Assembly: GCA_051313645.2 (NCBI GenBank) | Contig: JBNRSN020000006.1 | Coordinates: forward strand, 246,078,001 to 246,142,000 | Source: Centroscyllium fabricii | Taxonomy: Eukaryota | DNA length: 64,000 bases | Direction: 5' to 3' | In this document: in pieces, positions 60,401 to 64,000 of the stretch | Position numbering within the stretch: position 1 is the stretch's first letter | Layout: every line of letters starts with the position of its first letter | Translations under genes and position numbers: made by a program | Notes under the pieces: model-generated | The model's database searches: none | What the model saw: the letters and a program-made list of their open reading frames with translations, nothing else | Told to the model about the DNA's origin: nothing

Positions 60401-61865
60401 CATCGTGCCGCCGCGTGGGCCAGGAGTGCCGTCCCCGTGGAGCATGGGATGGGCGACATATTTTTGATGTCGACCAGGCGGCGCCGGGTCATGTCGACCA
60501 GGAGGCCGTGTGCGCATAGGAAGTCTGCCCCGAGGAGGGGTGACGTGACCTGGGCTGTGACGAACTCCCATTCATACGTGTGGCCGGCAAGCTGGATGGT
60601 TAGCCTGCGGGTCCCGTATGTTTTTATGTCGGAGCCGTTGGCCGCCGCGAGGGGCGGGCCCCAGGTACCTTGTTTGGCTTCTGCGGGGGAGGCTGGCACG
60701 ATGCTGTGTTGTGCGCCCGTGTCGCAGAGAAACCGGAGACCCGTGCCCCTGTCCATGACGTAGAGCAGGGCTCCGGTGTGGCCTACGGACATGGTGGGGG
60801 CTGGGCCGGGCTGTGGCTTGAACGTGCAGGGCAGGACGCAGCGGTGCGCTTTGGCGCCGAACCGCGCGTGGTAGTAGCACCAACCGGTGCTCGCGGCACG
60901 CGGTTGTTTGGGAGGGCGCGGGGGCCTGGGTTCAGGCGTCGGGGTGGACCTGGGGGGCGAGTGGGCGGACTCGACTGCCGCGGCGGTGAGGTCGCACGTG
61001 GCGGAGCGGGTGCGCTCGGCCGCCATGAGCCTGTCGGCTTCCTCGGCTAGCTCGTCCCCGCTCCGGTTGCTGAAGGCCGCCAGGGCCGGTCTGATGGAGG
61101 GGGGCAGCTTAAGGAGGAAAATGGTGCGGAACAGGGAGGCGGGGTCGGTGGTTAGTGCTTGCATCTGGCCCCAAAGGTCAGATGGGTCTGCGTCCCCGAG
61201 TTCGGGGAGGTTGAGGAGTTGGCAGTCGCGCTCGAACTGGGTCAGGGTGAATTTTTTAAGTAGCGCGGCCTTAATGAAGTCGTACCTGCCTGTTGCGGGC
61301 GCGCTCTGTAGCTTCGACCACATCCGGTCGATCGTCGACTGCGGTAGGGCCGTGAAGACCAGGTCGTAGCGGTCGTCCCCCTGGATGCCATGGGTGCGGC
61401 AGCTGGTCTCGATGCACATAAACCACGCTGCCGGGCGTTGCTCCCAGAACTCCGGTAAAGTTAGTCGGTGCCCGGGGTTCTGGCCATGTCCTTGCTGACG
61501 GGAGGGCTGGTTTCTGGTAGACATTGTTGCAGGTTGTGTTTTAAATTGTCCTGAGGCTGCTTGGCTTAAATCCTGTTGAGCTGCTGTTTTCTTCTCGGAA
61601 GTCGTTCCAAGACGGGGTCACCACTGTAGCGCTTACAGGACCCAAGGACCACGCAGGAGCCGGAGAGAGACAGTTAACACTTCTTTATTGAACAGTACTA
61701 CATCAGAAAGAGACTGAGCCACGAGGAGCAGGCTCTTTTAAACTGCCCGCTCGCCTCTGACCTCATCATGCCGAGAGACGTGGTGACATCATCGCGTCAC
61801 CCGGTGGGCGGGGCTATGCCCCACCGTACTCCCGAGGCGGATTCGCCAGCCGGCGTTCCGCTACA
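57439..61865 (-). mobile_element. Full-length CsRn1-type gypsy element (element B) nested in F
   Basis: 241-bp LTRs 61625-61865 and 57439-57679 (~10 differences); PBS TGGTGACCCCG (tRNA-Trp); PPT; TSD ATGC; CHCC Gag. Confidence 0.97.
57714..61524 (-). pseudogene. gag-pol of element B; frameshifts and an in-frame loss of the RT catalytic DD
   Basis: Continuous Gag-PR ORF 61524-60034; FAYLVAST versus [12 protein letters not shown] in element A. Confidence 0.93.
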
Positions 61866-64000
61866 ATGCATTGATTACTCTCAAGCCGTCAATCAATATA
61901 CTGACCTGGACGCCTACCCATTGCCACGCATTGATGACATGGTTAATAAACTGGCTGAATACAAAGTGTTCTCAACCTATGATTTAAAGAGTGCCTATCA
62001 TCAGGTACCCCTACGGGTCTCAGATAAGAAGTACACAGCCTTTGAGGCTAATGGACGGCTGTATCAATTTTGTCGCCTCCCATTCGGGGTCACATTCTTG
62101 GCTACTGTGCAGGCAATGGTATCATTAAACCAGACCCGGAAAGACTTCGCCTGCTCCAGGAGCTCCCACCACCTAACAATCCGGCTTCTTTACATCGGGC
62201 CCTCGGTCTGTTTGCATACTACGCTAAATGGATTCCGAATTTTTCAGATAAAATTCAGCCCTTGCTGAATGCTAGAACATTTCCGTTGGGAACAGTGGCT
62301 GTTGCAGCCTTTAACCTTCTCAAGAAACAGTTGGAGAAAGCGATTCTTCACTCCATCAATGAGGACCTCCCTTTCGTAGTCAAATGTGATGCCTCAGAGG
62401 TGGCAATCTCAGCTACTCTAAATCAAGAAGGCCGTCCTGTAGCATTCATGTCCAGGACCTTACAAGATGCCGAGATACATTATCCTCCGGTTGAGAAGGA
62501 AGCCACAGCCATCATAGAGGCAGTACGAAAGTGGAACCATTTTCTAGCTCGCCGGCACTTTACATTAATCACGGACCAGCGATCAGTCGCCTTCATGCTC
62601 GATAATCAAAAGCGAACTAAAATTAAGAACAATAAAATACAGCTTTGGAGGATGGAATTGGCCTCTTTTGGTTACACCATTCACTATCAACCTGGCAAGG
62701 AGAATGTGGCCCTGGATACCCTCACACAAGCATTCTGCTCTGCTATGTCATCCTCTACTCTCATAGACATCCATGATGGATTGTGTCATCCTGGCGTGAC
62801 TCGCATGCTACATTTCGTGCGATCATGGAATCTCCCATTTTCTACTGGAGATATAAAGAAAATGTGCTCCGAATGCCGAACTTGTGCAGAATTGAAACCT
62901 CAGTTCTTCCGCCCCCCAGATGGTGCGCTCATACACGCAACCCAACCGATGCAACGACTTAGCGTCGACTTCAAGGGCCCATTGCCCTCTTCAACACGGA
63001 ACACAATTCTGCTCACAATGATCGATGAATATTCACGATTTCCGTTTGCCTTCCCCTGCTCCAATATGCTGGCATCCACTGTAATCAACTGCCTTGAGCA
63101 AGTATTTTCTCTTTGTGGCATGGCGGCCTAAATACAGTCAGATTGGGGTTCATCTTTTATGTCAAGCTAACTGAAGTACTACCTCTCAGAACGGGGAATT
63201 GCAACAAGCAAAACGACGCCATCCCATCCCATCGGGAATGGACAGGTAGAGAGATATAACGGAATCATCTGGAATTCCGTACGGCTTGCTTTAAAATCTC
63301 AGAGCCTACCAATCCAGCAATGGGAAGCAATGCTTCCGGATGCATTACACTCTATACGGTCCCTTCTGTCTACAGCCACAAATACTACACCTCATGAACG
63401 GTTCTTTGGATTCCAGCATCGCTCATCTTATGGGACATCTCTTCCATCATGGCTAACTACTCCGGGACCCGTACTGCTCCGAAGATATGTTCGGACATCT
63501 AAAAATGACCCTCTTGTAGATGAGGTCGAACTAACTGATGCCAACCCTACCTATGCCTACATAAGATATCCCGACGGTCGAGAGTCTACCATATCATTGC
63601 GGGACCTGGCACCCTGCCCACCAGGACCTAGAGCGACGCCAAGGGATAATATCCTACCAGGGACCTCCAGGGACCCACCGGGTACCACTCTCCAGGACCC
63701 GGATCTGACACCAACTAGCTTTGCACTGGTCAAATCCCACACTCGAAGTTACGACCCACCAAGTACCTCTTTCCAGGACACTGACCAGACACCAACCGAC
63801 TCTGAGCCCGTGGGGGCTCGTACATGGAGTCATGATCCTACCGGTGCCTCACGCCAAAGTGCCAATTGGCCGCAGACCAGCTCTGTGCCTTCCCCTGACC
63901 TGGGACCAGCTCTGCACCTATTGGAGCTCTTACGCGGAGCCATGATCTCCCCGACCCTTCACAGGGTAATCCAGGCCACGCAGGTTCTGACCCGTGGCCA

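Larger units (their letters stand above)
55593..64000 (+). mobile_element. Mag-like gypsy element related to D, no tRNA PBS (element F); degenerate; continues beyond the window
   Basis: 5' LTR 55593-55795; two CCHC knuckles; LIDSGS protease; RT split by element B; SVDFKGPLPS integrase. Confidence 0.93.

Overview
Eukaryotic, almost certainly cartilaginous-fish (shark/ray) genomic DNA, inferred from HE1-type V-SINEs sharing a 3' tail with HER1/CR1 LINEs. Most of the window is nested transposable elements: two PIF/Harbinger transposons (Myb/SANT gene plus DDE transposase, convergent), several CR1, L2 and Rex1 LINE pieces, a LINE apparently headed by a tRNA-derived SINE, Penelope-like fragments with hammerhead motifs, Tigger-like, hAT and Harbinger-type MITEs, and six Ty3/gypsy LTR elements plus a solo LTR. 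Two of the LTR elements are CsRn1-type (tRNA-Trp PBS, CHCC Gag); the others are Mag-like. No host gene could be named; a few small candidate exons survive in the unique islands. The most notable signal is in two divergent Mag-like elements (34897-39931 and 55593 onward). Both lack a tRNA primer-binding site. Instead, the bases just after the 5' LTR are complementary to a segment of their own LTR, with different sequences in the two elements, suggesting self-priming and/or poly(A)-signal occlusion. All calls were made by eye; no database searches were run.
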